Source of the DNA: Planctomycetota bacterium
GTDB taxonomy: Bacteria > Planctomycetota > PLA2 > JAEUHO01
DNA length: 64,000 nt
Assembly (NCBI GenBank): GCA_965223505.1
Contig: CBDCWP010000012.1
Span: 1-64,000, forward strand
Reading direction: 5' to 3'
Numbering within the stretch: the first letter of the stretch is position 1; the number at the start of each line of letters is the position of its first letter. Shown here piece by piece: positions 9,155 through 19,456 of the stretch. The notes under the pieces are model-generated. The model ran no database searches. It saw only the letters and a list, made by a program, of their open reading frames with translations, and was not told where the DNA came from. The translations under genes and the position numbers were made by a program.

Positions 9155-11539
9155 ATGCGTTGCTCAGCCCTCGTCTTCGCGGTCCTGCTGCTGCTTTCCT
9201 GCGGTGACCCGGTCGGCTCGAGCCCCGAAGAAGGAAGAGGCACCGTGAAGCACAACCGTCTTCGCGAAGAGCGCAGCCCCTACCTGCGCCAGCACAGCAC
9301 CAACCCCGTCGACTGGTACCCGTGGGGTGGCGAAGCCTTGCAGAAGGCCAAGGAAGACGACAAGCCCATCTTCCTCTCCGTCGGCTACGCGGCGTGCCAC
9401 TGGTGCCACGTGATGGAGCACGAGTCCTTCGAGGACGAGAAGACCGCCAAGCTGCTCAACGACGCGTTCGTCTGCGTGAAGGTCGACCGCGAAGAGCGCC
9501 CGGACATCGACCGGATCTACATGACCGCGGTCCAGGTCCTGACCGGTCGCGGCGGCTGGCCCATGACCGTGCTGATGTTCCCCGACGGCCGTCCGTTCTG
9601 GGGCGGAACCTACTTGCGGCCCGAGAACCTGCAGGGCCTGATCGCCGAGGTGAAGCGGCTCTGGCAGAACGAGCGCACGCGGCTCGAGCACACCGCGGAC
9701 GCGCTCTCCGAGCGGGTGCGCGACATGTCGGACGGTCTCGATCTGCCCGAACCCGACGGCAGCGACGCGGATCTCCTGACCCACATGCGCAACGCGCTCT
9801 CGGCCCGCTTCGACGCGCAGAACGGCGGCTACGGCAACGCGCCGAAGTTCCCCCCGCACACCGAGATGCTCTTCTACCTCGATCCCGAGAACGCGAGCGA
9901 CGAGGAGCTCGCTCAGGCCCGGCGCACGCTCGAGGCGATGGAGGAAGGCGGCGTCCACGATCACGTCGGCGGGGGCTTCCACCGCTACAGCACCGATGCG
10001 CGCTGGCTGTTGCCGCACTTCGAGAAGATGCTGTACGACAACGCGCTGCTCGCGCAGGCGTATGCCGGCATGTACGCGCGCACCGACGACGCCCGCTTCG
10101 CGCGCGTCGCCCACCGCCTTTTCGACTGGCTCGAACGAGAGATGCGCCAGGAGGGTGGCGGCTACGCGTCGAGCCTCGACGCCGACACCGAAGGCGAGGA
10201 AGGCACGACGTACACCTGGACGATGAAGGAGCTGCAAGACGTCCTGGGCGAGAAGGACGCCGCGTTTGCGGCCGGGCTGTTCGGCTTCACGGCCGAAGGC
10301 AACTTCATGGACGAGGCGACGCACCAGGCTACGGGCCGCAACATCGTCCACCTGCCGACCTCGGTGCGCGAAGCGGCGGCGGCGCACGGGACCGACCCGG
10401 CCGCGCTCGGCAAGCGCATCGATTCGATGTTCGCGAAGATGATCGAGGCGCGCGCGAAGCGCGCGCAGCCCGGCCTCGACGACAAGGTCATCACCGCGTG
10501 GAACGGGCTACTCATTTCCGGCTTCGCGCGCGCGGCGCGCGACCTCGACGACGACCGCTACCGCGCACGCGGCGAGGACCTCGCGCGCTTCTTGTTGGCG
10601 CACTGCCGGCGCGAAGACGGCACCCTGCTGCGCTTTCCCAGGGGTTCGGGGCCGGAGATCGTCGGGTTCTGCGAAGACTACGTTCACGTCATCGAAGGGC
10701 TGCTTGACCTCGCGGAGGTCAGCGAGGCCGACAAGGCGCATTGGCAGGCGGCCGCGGCCGAGCTGGGGCGGCGTCTGCTCGCCGAGTTCCAGGACGAAGA
10801 GGGTGGCGGCTTCTGGACGACGTCGCCGACGTCGCACGAGTCCTTGATCGCACGCGCGAAGGAGTCCTGGGACAGTCCGATTCCGTCGGACAACGGCGCG
10901 GCCGCGCGCCTGTGCCTGCGGCTCTACGAGCACACCGGGGACGAGGCCTACCGCAAAGCGGCCGATCGCACGCTGGCGGCCTTTCGTCCGATGATGGGCC
11001 AGCCGCGCATGGCCGGAGGTCTGGTTGCGCTGTTTCGCGCGCTCGCGCTGCGACTACGCATGGAGCGCGCCGGCACGACCGGCGCTGCGCGCGGCGACGT
11101 CTCGGTGCGCCAGGACGTCGCGCGTGTGGACGTGTTCCTACAGCGAACGGAGGCCAAGCTCGGCTCGCAGGTTCCGTTGGTCGTGCGGGTCGCGCTCGAC
11201 GAGGGCTGGCACGTGAACACGCTCGCGCCCGCGGACGAGGCGTTGATCGCGACGGTGCTGACGGTGGCGGAGGGGTCGCCGGCGACGCTCGGCGGCGTGA
11301 CCGTCCCCGACGGCGGCGCCGAGCGCTACGAGGGCACGTTCGACCTCGTCACGGCCGTCGTCGTGCCGGCGAACGTCCCGACGGGTCCGCGCAAGATCCC
11401 GCTTCGGCTCACGCTACAGCCGTGCGACGCCGCCTCCTGCAAGGCGCCGATCGAGGTGCGGCTCGACGTCGCCCTCCGGTTCGCCGACGAGGACGGTGCC
11501 GCCCGGCACCCGGCCATGTTCGGCGATTCGAAGCGCTAG
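9155..11539 (+). CDS. YyaL/SSP411 (DUF255) thioredoxin-domain protein with a lipoprotein signal and a C-terminal DsbD-N-like domain
   Basis: [44 protein letters not shown]-terminal GWHV...QPCDAASC; N-terminal LLLLSC. Confidence 0.88.
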   Translation: MRCSALVFAVLLLLSCGDPVGSSPEEGRGTVKHNRLREERSPYLRQHSTNPVDWYPWGGEALQKAKEDDKPIFLSVGYAACHWCHVMEHESFEDEKTAKLLNDAFVCVKVDREERPDIDRIYMTAVQVLTGRGGWPMTVLMFPDGRPFWGGTYLRPENLQGLIAEVKRLWQNERTRLEHTADALSERVRDMSDGLDLPEPDGSDADLLTHMRNALSARFDAQNGGYGNAPKFPPHTEMLFYLDPENASDEELAQARRTLEAMEEGGVHDHVGGGFHRYSTDARWLLPHFEKMLYDNALLAQAYAGMYARTDDARFARVAHRLFDWLEREMRQEGGGYASSLDADTEGEEGTTYTWTMKELQDVLGEKDAAFAAGLFGFTAEGNFMDEATHQATGRNIVHLPTSVREAAAAHGTDPAALGKRIDSMFAKMIEARAKRAQPGLDDKVITAWNGLLISGFARAARDLDDDRYRARGEDLARFLLAHCRREDGTLLRFPRGSGPEIVGFCEDYVHVIEGLLDLAEVSEADKAHWQAAAAELGRRLLAEFQDEEGGGFWTTSPTSHESLIARAKESWDSPIPSDNGAAARLCLRLYEHTGDEAYRKAADRTLAAFRPMMGQPRMAGGLVALFRALALRLRMERAGTTGAARGDVSVRQDVARVDVFLQRTEAKLGSQVPLVVRVALDEGWHVNTLAPADEALIATVLTVAEGSPATLGGVTVPDGGAERYEGTFDLVTAVVVPANVPTGPRKIPLRLTLQPCDAASCKAPIEVRLDVALRFADEDGAARHPAMFGDSKR

Positions 11540-11626
11540 ACACTCCCCGACGAATAGCGCGTCGAGGGCGAAACACGTAGCTTGGAGCGCCGCCTGTTCG
11601 ACGGAGGGCCCGTGTCCGGAGCCGTG

Positions 11627-12001
11627 ATGGAAGCTGTGTCTCGCGACATCCTCGAGGTGTTCGACAACCCCGCCCAGGGGCGGGGCTACGAGATCGTCCA
11701 CACGGCTCACGAGTTCACCTCCGTGTGCCCCATTACGGGACATCCCGACTTCGCGACGATCGTCGTGCGGTATGTTGCGGACGAGCGTTGCGTCGAGCTC
11801 AAGAGCCTCAAGCTGTACCTACAGGCGTATCGGAACGAAGGCGTGTTCTACGAAGCCCTGATCAACCGCATCCTCGACGATCTCGTCGGCGTCCTGGCGC
11901 CGCGGCGGATCGAGGTGCGCGGCGAGTTCAGCGTGCGCGGCGGCTTGTCCAGCGTCGTCGTGGCCCGGCATCCGGATGTCGAGCCCGGGGGAGATCGATG
12001 A
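11627..12001 (+). CDS. queF: NADPH-dependent 7-cyano-7-deazaguanine (preQ0) reductase
   Basis: EFTSVCPITGHPDFA, VELKSLKLYL, RGG motifs. Confidence 0.93.
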   Translation: MEAVSRDILEVFDNPAQGRGYEIVHTAHEFTSVCPITGHPDFATIVVRYVADERCVELKSLKLYLQAYRNEGVFYEALINRILDDLVGVLAPRRIEVRGEFSVRGGLSSVVVARHPDVEPGGDR

Positions 12002-13275
12002 CCGACGTGGCGACCGTCGAGAGGCTCGAGAGCGAGCTCGCGCGGCAGAAGCGGCTGGCCGAGGCCAGCTACGCCCTGCACACCACGCTCGACCTGGATG
12101 AGCTGCTGGGCCTGATCCTGACGGCCGCCTCCACCGGCGTCGACGCGGATCGCGGCACGGTGTTCCTCGTGTCCGACGACGGCAAGGAGCTGTGGTCGCG
12201 CGTGTTGCAGGGCGACGAGAACCTCGAGATCCGACTTCCGGTCGGCAAGGGCATCGCGGGCGCGGTGGGCAAGACGGGCGAGGTGATCAACATCGTCGAC
12301 GCGCACGAGGACGAGCGCTTCGACGCGAGCTGGGACAAGAAGACCGGGTTCCGCACTCGGCAGATCCTCGCGGCGCCGATCAAGCGCCGCGACGGCGGTA
12401 TCGTCGGCGTCTTTCAGCTCCTGAACAAGCGCGAGGGCGACTTCGACAAGGACGACGAGGAGTTCCTCGCTGCGCTGTCCGTGCACGCCGCGTTGGCCGT
12501 GGAGAACGCGCGCTTGCACAAGTCCGCGCTCGAGAAGGAGCGCCAGGATCGCGAGATCGCGGTAGCGCAGAACGTGCAGCGCGCCTTCCAGCCGGAGCGC
12601 AACGCGACGGAGCGCGGCACGTTGAAGGTCGCCGGCATGAACGAGCTGTGCGAGGACGCCAGCGGCGACTACTACGACGTCTTCGATCTCAACGACGGCC
12701 GCATCGCCGTCGTGGTGGGGGACGTCTCTGGACACGGTTTGGGGTCGTCGCTCGTGATGGCGCAGGCGCGTGCCTATCTGCGCGCGTTCTGCCGCACCAA
12801 CGACGGCGTCTCCGACGTGTTGAACCTGCTGAACGATTCGCTGTCACGCGACATGACCAGCGGGAACTTCATGTGCATGTTCCTCGCGATGGTCAATCCG
12901 GACTCAGGTGAGATGGACTGGTGTAGCGCGGGACACCCGGAAGGGTTCCTCGTGCGCGCGAAGGACGACGAGGTCATCGAGCTGAACTCGACGGGCCGCA
13001 TCCTGGGCATCTTCCCCGACGCCGGCTACGAGGACGGCGAGGCGCTGACCCTCGAGTCGGGTGACACGTTGCTGCTCTACACGGACGGCGCGACCGAGGC
13101 GGCGAGCCCGAGCGGCGAGCTCTTCGGCGAAGAGCGATTGAAAGAGGTCCTCTCCAAGCACGCATCGGAGGGCGCCGACGCGGTGTTGGACGGCGTGCGT
13201 GCGGCGCTCGTCGAGTGGTCCGGCAAGAACACCTTCGACGACGACCTGACGATGATGGTCGTGCGGCGGGACTAG
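11998..13275 (+). CDS. GAF domain plus SpoIIE/PP2C serine phosphatase (RsbU-like)
   Basis: GAF domain (GIAG...DKKTGFRTRQIL); GDYYD, GDVSGHG, AGH, YTDG, DDLT. Confidence 0.9.
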   Translation: MTDVATVERLESELARQKRLAEASYALHTTLDLDELLGLILTAASTGVDADRGTVFLVSDDGKELWSRVLQGDENLEIRLPVGKGIAGAVGKTGEVINIVDAHEDERFDASWDKKTGFRTRQILAAPIKRRDGGIVGVFQLLNKREGDFDKDDEEFLAALSVHAALAVENARLHKSALEKERQDREIAVAQNVQRAFQPERNATERGTLKVAGMNELCEDASGDYYDVFDLNDGRIAVVVGDVSGHGLGSSLVMAQARAYLRAFCRTNDGVSDVLNLLNDSLSRDMTSGNFMCMFLAMVNPDSGEMDWCSAGHPEGFLVRAKDDEVIELNSTGRILGIFPDAGYEDGEALTLESGDTLLLYTDGATEAASPSGELFGEERLKEVLSKHASEGADAVLDGVRAALVEWSGKNTFDDDLTMMVVRRD

Positions 13276-13301
13276 CGTCCTCGGCACCAAGGGCCGGCGA
13301 G

Positions 13302-14531
13302 CTACCCGTACAGCCACATCTCGACGTCGCTGCCTTCCGCGGAGCCTTCGCTGTCCTGCGGGATGAGCACGAAGCCGTCCGCTTCCGTCGTGGAGGAGAG
13401 GATCGACGCGCCGCGCGTCATGATCGGCGTGATCGACGTGCCGTCGCGCGTCGCCCGTACGTAGTCGACGCGGCCCAAGACGCTCGACACCTTGCGCGTC
13501 AACGTGCCGGTCATGCGCTGATACGGCCATTGAAGCGAGCGGCCTGCGGCATGTCGCACCGCGCGCCCCGCGAACAGGTCGTACGCGCACAGGCACGACA
13601 CCGGGTTGCCGGGCAGCAGGAAGACGAGCCTCTCGTCGATGACGCCGATGCCCGTCGGCGCCGCCGGACGCAGCGCGACGCCGTGGAAGACGAGCTCGCC
13701 CAGCTCCGCCACCAGCCGCGGCGCGTGGTCCTCCTGTCCGACACTCGTTCCACCGGTCACCAAGACGATGTCCTCGTTCGATGCGCGCAGCGCGTCGCGC
13801 AGCACGTCCGCATCGTCGACGACCCGCTGCGCGGCAACACGGCCCGCGCCGTCGCGCTCGACGAGCGCGCCGAGCATGGGCGTGTTCGAGTCGGCGATGA
13901 GCGCGCCGTGGGGGCGTTCACCGGGCGGCGCCAGCTCGTTGCCCGTCGCCAGGATCGCCACGCTCGGCTTCGTGAACACCTCGAGCTCCGCGCGACCGAC
14001 CGAGGCGGCCACACCGACGTCTTGCGGCCGCAAGGTGCGCCCGGCGGGCAGCAACGTGTCGCCGCTTCGAATGTCCTCGCCGACCGCGCCGACGTGTCTA
14101 CCGGGTGGCACGCTGCCGCGCGCGATCAGCCGGCCGCCGTCTTCGGTTCCGTACTCGGCCGGCAACACGGCGTCGGCGCCCGCGGGAACCGGGGCGCCGG
14201 TCATGATCCGTACCGCGTGACCCTTCTTCACGGTCCCGTCGAACGGCGCACCCGGCAGCGACACCCCGAGCACACGCAGCTCGAGCAGCTCGGTTTCCGA
14301 CGCGCCGAACGTGTCTTCGCCGCAAAGTGCCCAGCCGTCCATCGCGGCGCGCGGAAAGCCGGGGACGTCCACGTCGCTCACCAGCATCTCGGCCAGCACG
14401 CGGCAGGCGGCCTTGCTCAGCGGCACCGATTCGCGTGACCGCGGCAGTTCGCGCGCGTCCAGCCAGGCGACGACGTCCGCGACGCTCGCGCGTTCCCGGA
14501 ATCCGCGCATGCGCACGTCGCGCGGCATCAC
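13302..14531 (-). CDS. moeA: Molybdopterin molybdotransferase
   Basis: RAAMDGW, RIMTGAPVP.GADAV, TGNEL, TGGTSVG, LPGNPVS. Confidence 0.93.
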   Translation of the reverse strand: MMPRDVRMRGFRERASVADVVAWLDARELPRSRESVPLSKAACRVLAEMLVSDVDVPGFPRAAMDGWALCGEDTFGASETELLELRVLGVSLPGAPFDGTVKKGHAVRIMTGAPVPAGADAVLPAEYGTEDGGRLIARGSVPPGRHVGAVGEDIRSGDTLLPAGRTLRPQDVGVAASVGRAELEVFTKPSVAILATGNELAPPGERPHGALIADSNTPMLGALVERDGAGRVAAQRVVDDADVLRDALRASNEDIVLVTGGTSVGQEDHAPRLVAELGELVFHGVALRPAAPTGIGVIDERLVFLLPGNPVSCLCAYDLFAGRAVRHAAGRSLQWPYQRMTGTLTRKVSSVLGRVDYVRATRDGTSITPIMTRGASILSSTTEADGFVLIPQDSEGSAEGSDVEMWLYG

Positions 14532-14651
14532 GCCCTCCGGGTGAGTGCGCCGACGGCTTGCTGGAAGGGCCTGCGAAGCTCGCGCGCGAACGCTCTCTGC
14601 GATCTGCGGGCGGCGTCAAGCGGCGCCCCGACAGCCGCCTGCCCGCGTCGG

Positions 14652-16271
14652 CTACCCACCGTTGCCGTTCGTGTGCTTGGCAACGTCCGATGGGAAGTGC
14701 TCGATGACGCTCGTCGCCGGGTTGAGCACGACCTGGCCGAGTCCGCAGATCGACGTGAGCCGCAGCGCCTCGTCGAGCTCAGGGAAGAGGTCGAACTCCG
14801 TGCCGTCGCCCTCACCGGCCAGCACGCGGTCGAGCAGGTTCACGGCCTTCTCGCTGCCCACTCGGCAGGGGACGCACTTGCCGCACGACTCGTTGCGGAA
14901 GAACCGCACGACGTTCGCGGCGAGCTCGAGCATGTCCGTGCCTTCGGCGACGACGAGCACCGAACCCGAGCCGAGCATGCTCCCGGCCTTCTCCATGGGT
15001 TCCCAGTCGAGCGGTGTGTCGGCCTTCGAGGCGGGCAGGAACGGCGCGCTCGCCCCGCCCGGGTAGTACGCCTTCATCACCTGCCCGTCCTTCATCCCGC
15101 CGCCGTAGTCGTCGATCAACGTCTGGACGGGCGTGCCCATGGGGATGCAGTAGACGCCGGGCTTCTCGACGTGGCCGCAGAGCGAGACGTACTTCCAGCC
15201 CGCGCCGCCGTTCACGCCGTGGGCCTTCCAGGCGTCGGGGCCCTCGTGCGCGATCAAAGGCATGTGCGAGAAGGTCTCGACGTTGTTCATCAACGTCGGT
15301 TTGCCGTGCACGCCGTGCGTCGTCGGATACGGCGGCTTGTTGCGCGGCTCGCCGCGCTTGCCTTCGAGCGCTTCGATCAGCGCCGTCTCCTCGCCGAGGA
15401 TGTAGCCGCCGGGCGAGACGAAGACGGACAGGTCGACGCCGAGCTGTTCCGTGAGACCGAGCGTCTTGGCGCGTGCGATCTCGCGTTCGATCGCCTTGCA
15501 CTCGCGCGTGTACTCGTGGCGGATGTAGACGACGGCGTTCGTGGCTTGGATGACCAGGCAGGCGATGAGCATGCCTTCGATGACGAGATGCGGCAGCTCT
15601 TCGAGGATCACCCGGTCCTTGAACGCGCCGGGCTCGCTCTCGTCGGCGTTGCAGATGACGTACTTGACGTCGCCGGGCGTGTCGCGAACGAACTTCGCCT
15701 TGAGCCCGGCCGGGAACCCCGCGCCGCCCATGCCGCGCAGCCCGGCGTCGATGACCGCCTGCGGCAAATCGCTGCGTGTGGCGTCGATGTTCTCCATCAG
15801 CTTGCGCAGGACGCTGTAGTGGTCCTCGACGTCGTCGTACGGGTCGCTCGGCCACTGTGCGGGCGTCTCCTTCGGTTCGTCGGGCGGCAACGTCTTGTCG
15901 CCCTTCGCCGCGGCGGCGACGTCGTCGGCGGACCAACCCTCCAGCGGCACGTCGTTCACGCACGCGGCCGGCGCGTGCTCGCAGCGGCCGAGGCAGGACA
16001 CGGCATGCACTTCGATGTCGTCGGCGCCCTCGAGCTGCCCTCGAATCGCGGCGGCGTACGCCGGACCGTCGGCCATGTGGCAGGCCGCGTCGCGGCAGAC
16101 GGTGACGTGCGCGCGCGGCGGCGGTGACGTGCGGTAGTGCGGGTAGAAGCTCGCGACCTCCTGGATGCGGTACAGCGGCACCCCTTCGGACTTGGAGAAC
16201 GCGCGCATGGTCTCGTCGGAGAGCCAGCCGTGCTCGGCCTGAAGTTCGTTGAGCTGCTGGAGGAGATTCAT
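14652..16271 (-). CDS. Fused NuoE/NuoF-type NADH-binding flavoprotein (diaphorase subunit)
   Basis: N-terminal 2Fe-2S (CRDAAC...CLGRC); GLRGMGGAGFP, CNADESEPG, GEETAL, ESCGKCVPCR, CGLG. Confidence 0.9.
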   Translation of the reverse strand: MNLLQQLNELQAEHGWLSDETMRAFSKSEGVPLYRIQEVASFYPHYRTSPPPRAHVTVCRDAACHMADGPAYAAAIRGQLEGADDIEVHAVSCLGRCEHAPAACVNDVPLEGWSADDVAAAAKGDKTLPPDEPKETPAQWPSDPYDDVEDHYSVLRKLMENIDATRSDLPQAVIDAGLRGMGGAGFPAGLKAKFVRDTPGDVKYVICNADESEPGAFKDRVILEELPHLVIEGMLIACLVIQATNAVVYIRHEYTRECKAIEREIARAKTLGLTEQLGVDLSVFVSPGGYILGEETALIEALEGKRGEPRNKPPYPTTHGVHGKPTLMNNVETFSHMPLIAHEGPDAWKAHGVNGGAGWKYVSLCGHVEKPGVYCIPMGTPVQTLIDDYGGGMKDGQVMKAYYPGGASAPFLPASKADTPLDWEPMEKAGSMLGSGSVLVVAEGTDMLELAANVVRFFRNESCGKCVPCRVGSEKAVNLLDRVLAGEGDGTEFDLFPELDEALRLTSICGLGQVVLNPATSVIEHFPSDVAKHTNGNGG

Positions 16272-16356
16272 GGGTGCGAGAGGATAGCTGCGGTTGCGGT
16301 TGGCCGTGGGGGCCAGTTCCAGCGATGTCGGTGACCCATGTTAGTATTTTGTTCTC

Positions 16357-17487
16357 ATGCGAATCCGAGCCGACAAGCGCAGCATCAGTGCACGCCGTCA
16401 CCCCGGCGCAGATCAACGCGTCGAGCGCAACCTCGCCGCCCTGCGGGAGGCACAGATCCGTCTCGCCCGCGACCTGGCGCAGATCGACACGGATGCGCAC
16501 TTCGTCTTCTCCGGATGCGCCTCCGTCGTGGAGTACGCCGTCAAGCTAGGCTTCGCCGCCGGTGAGGCGCGCATGCTCACCAACCTGGGCAAGACGCTCG
16601 TCGCGGCGCCCGAGACGGAGGAACGCGTTCGCAGCGGCGAGATCTCGGTCGAAGCCGCCGCGCTGATCGGCCGCGTCCTCGCACATCCTGAAATGCTGCG
16701 CCGCGGCGACGATTGGGTTGCCGCAGCCACCTTCGACTCGATGCGGACGCTGCGGCGCAGGATCAAGGAGCGTTTCGAGCTCCACGCACAAGGCGAGACG
16801 GGTGTCGAAGAGGTGACGGTCTTCGTCACGGCGCACGCCAAGGACGAGTTCGAGCGCGCGCGCGAGGTCGCCTCGCAGAAGGCGGGCAAGCCGCTGACGG
16901 ACGGACAGACGTTCACGCGCGTCGTCGATTTCTACCTCGAGAAGAACGACCCGCTGCGTCGGACGAGCGGCGTCCGACGGCTGGGCGACACCCGTGCGTT
17001 GCCTCGCAGCCGCTACGTTCCCGCGGCGGTCAAGCGCGCGGTGTACGAGCGTTCGAAGGGATGCTGCGAGGTGCCGACGTGTCACCACAAGCTCGTCGAG
17101 CTCGCACACCGAACACCGCATCGCAACGGCAGTGGTCGCGAGATCGACGACCTCGGCCATCTGTGTTCGCGGCATCACGTGCTGTATGACGCCGAGCGCA
17201 TCCCGTGGCCCGTCCAGCCGGACGAACCCCGCTCGGACGAACCCCGCTCGGATTCGGTCCGAACGGCGGAGACCGGCGTCATCCACGCCGGCACGGTTCG
17301 AGAGCGAGCGCCGCCGATCCTGGCGAGTCGAGATGCCCGCGCCGACGCCTACTTGCCCGGGTTTGCAGGGCTCGGGTCCGCCTTGCGCAACCGCTCGACT
17401 TCTTCCATCCAGGCCTTCACGCGCTCGCGGTCGCCGCCGCCGAAGCTGAGCATGATCAAGTGGTCGACCAGCCGGCCCGTATTGTGA
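16357..17487 (+). CDS. DUF222-like protein with a C-terminal HNH endonuclease domain
   Basis: RYVPAAVKRAVYERSKGCCEVPTC...HRTPH...LCSRHH; the 3' end overlaps the opposite-strand gene. Confidence 0.75.
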   Translation: MRIRADKRSISARRHPGADQRVERNLAALREAQIRLARDLAQIDTDAHFVFSGCASVVEYAVKLGFAAGEARMLTNLGKTLVAAPETEERVRSGEISVEAAALIGRVLAHPEMLRRGDDWVAAATFDSMRTLRRRIKERFELHAQGETGVEEVTVFVTAHAKDEFERAREVASQKAGKPLTDGQTFTRVVDFYLEKNDPLRRTSGVRRLGDTRALPRSRYVPAAVKRAVYERSKGCCEVPTCHHKLVELAHRTPHRNGSGREIDDLGHLCSRHHVLYDAERIPWPVQPDEPRSDEPRSDSVRTAETGVIHAGTVRERAPPILASRDARADAYLPGFAGLGSALRNRSTSSIQAFTRSRSPPPKLSMIKWSTSRPVL

Positions 17488-18602
17488 AGCGTGATGTGCG
17501 TGCCACCGCCTGCCAATGCGATCTGCGGGAAGTGATCCACGCCGCCTGAGTGCGTCGATACGGTGTGGATCACGACCTTCTCGTCGTACATGTCGTCGTC
17601 ACGCGCGCGTTTCACGCTTCGCAGCAGGCCGGGCACGTCCATTTCGTGTGGAGGCGCGTCCCCGACAACCACGATCACGCGGTAGCCGCGCTGCGACCAC
17701 CCGAGCATCTCCTGCTTGAGCGCCAGGCGAATGCCCTTGTCGACACCCTCTTCCCAGTCGCCGCCGCCACCGGCGCCGACGCGATTGAAGGCCTTGCGCA
17801 GCACCTCCCCGTTGCCCGTCAACGGCGCGCGCAGTCGCGCTCCGTCGTCGTAGGTCACGAGGCCCGCGCGGAACTTCGGTATGAACGCCTGCAGCCGGGT
17901 GATGAGCGAGTACGCGCGCGCTTTCGCGGCGGCGATCACCGGCCCCATCGACCCCGTGTGGTCCATCACGACGCACAGCTCCAAGCCGTGCTTGCGAATG
18001 CGCTCGATCCGCGGATAGAGCGGGTCGTCCGACTTCGGCGCAACCGATGCGCTGTCGAGCTCCGCCTTGTCCTTCGCGTCGATGACCCTCTTGAGCAGCT
18101 TTTCCTGTTCGAGCAACAGCGCCGTCTTCCCGCGCGACCACCAACCCTTGTAGCTGTCGATGTCGTCGCCCAGCTTGACCGGTGGAATCGTCTTCAACAC
18201 GGCCATTGCCCGGGAGCGCACGATCGGATGCTCGTGGGCGCCGAAGCGCAACAGCCCCTCGACCAGTGGGGCGCCGCCCTCCATGACGAGGTCGGTCCGC
18301 GGACGGCCCTGTAGCGCCGTCAGCGCGCAGCCCGCGACGTACGTGTGCTGCTCGCCGGCAAGCAGCCGCGCAGCGAGGAAGACCGCGCCGGGGTCGGCGC
18401 GCTTGCGCAGGTCGTACGCCGCGACCGCGCGGACCGTCCAGTCTTCGTTGCGCAGCCACGGGTCCATCGGCCGCAGGCTCTCCGCGACGGGGACCGACGG
18501 GCTGATCTTCTCGCCACCTTCGCCGGCGGCGGTCGTCGACCCGACGAGCACCAGAACGAGCACGATCAGAAGGCCGGCCAGGGTTGCTCGCATCGGGTTC
18601 AT
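17349..18602 (-). CDS. Secreted HEAT-repeat plus von Willebrand factor A domain protein
   Basis: Signal peptide; MIDAS DHTGSM, GGGDWEE, VVGDAPPH. Confidence 0.85.
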   Translation of the reverse strand: MNPMRATLAGLLIVLVLVLVGSTTAAGEGGEKISPSVPVAESLRPMDPWLRNEDWTVRAVAAYDLRKRADPGAVFLAARLLAGEQHTYVAGCALTALQGRPRTDLVMEGGAPLVEGLLRFGAHEHPIVRSRAMAVLKTIPPVKLGDDIDSYKGWWSRGKTALLLEQEKLLKRVIDAKDKAELDSASVAPKSDDPLYPRIERIRKHGLELCVVMDHTGSMGPVIAAAKARAYSLITRLQAFIPKFRAGLVTYDDGARLRAPLTGNGEVLRKAFNRVGAGGGGDWEEGVDKGIRLALKQEMLGWSQRGYRVIVVVGDAPPHEMDVPGLLRSVKRARDDDMYDEKVVIHTVSTHSGGVDHFPQIALAGGGTHITLHNTGRLVDHLIMLSFGGGDRERVKAWMEEVERLRKADPSPANPGK

Positions 18603-18647
18603 TGTGACTTGAAACGCCCCCTGCGGCGAAACGCCGCGGTTCCGTCG

Positions 18648-19301
18648 TCACGAACCGGCCGGATGGACTTCCAGGAAGAGTCGCATCACGTGCACCCGCT
18701 CGTTGGGCCCCAGCTCCGGGGGCTCCAGTCGCAGGCGATGACGGCCACCCCGCGGTTGCAGCGAGACGTCGGCCCCGTCCACGTCGGCCACGACGATCGT
18801 CGCCAGCTCGAGCGCCTCGCCGAACTCGATCACCTCGGGCTCCGGTGAGACGAAGAGGTCCATCGTCGTCTCCTTCAAGTGCTCGGGCCGCACCCACACC
18901 GTGCGGCTGCGCATCTCGTTCGTTCGGTCCTCGAGCCCCATGCGGACCATCGGCACGCGGACCGCGGTGCGGCCCTCGGCCCGCATGTCCTCGGGCAGCG
19001 TCGAGTCCACGCTCTCGTCGAGCACGGCGTGGCTCCACCAGATGCGGACCGCCTCCCCCCGGCGCAACGGGATGAACTTGCCCACCTCCGGCGGCTCACC
19101 CGTGAACTCGATTCGGAATCGCAGCGCGCACGCGCCGCGAGCCGTCAGTGTGAGTCCGGTCCGGCTCTGCAGGTCCTCCCGTGCACGCTTGAAGGACGGC
19201 GGACCCTCGAGCCCGACGACCGTGGTCACGGGCTCCGGCTCGTCACCGCAGCCGGTGACCAGGAGCGCGCAAAGCAGGATGATTGGGAATCGAGCACGCA
19301 T
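18648..19301 (-). CDS. Hypothetical lipoprotein
   Basis: Lipobox LVTGC after a short signal. Confidence 0.6.
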   Translation of the reverse strand: MRARFPIILLCALLVTGCGDEPEPVTTVVGLEGPPSFKRAREDLQSRTGLTLTARGACALRFRIEFTGEPPEVGKFIPLRRGEAVRIWWSHAVLDESVDSTLPEDMRAEGRTAVRVPMVRMGLEDRTNEMRSRTVWVRPEHLKETTMDLFVSPEPEVIEFGEALELATIVVADVDGADVSLQPRGGRHRLRLEPPELGPNERVHVMRLFLEVHPAGS

Positions 19302-19456
19302 GTTCGCGTTCCTCGTCGAGTGGACGCCGGGACTCACGCCCTTCGATCCTGCCGTTCGAAGCGCCGCTCGACAAGCGCGGGGCCAAGGCCCGGTGGCATT
19401 GATCCAAACGGCGCCTGTGGCGGGGGGTAGGATTCCAGGCTCGGAGGACGAACGTA

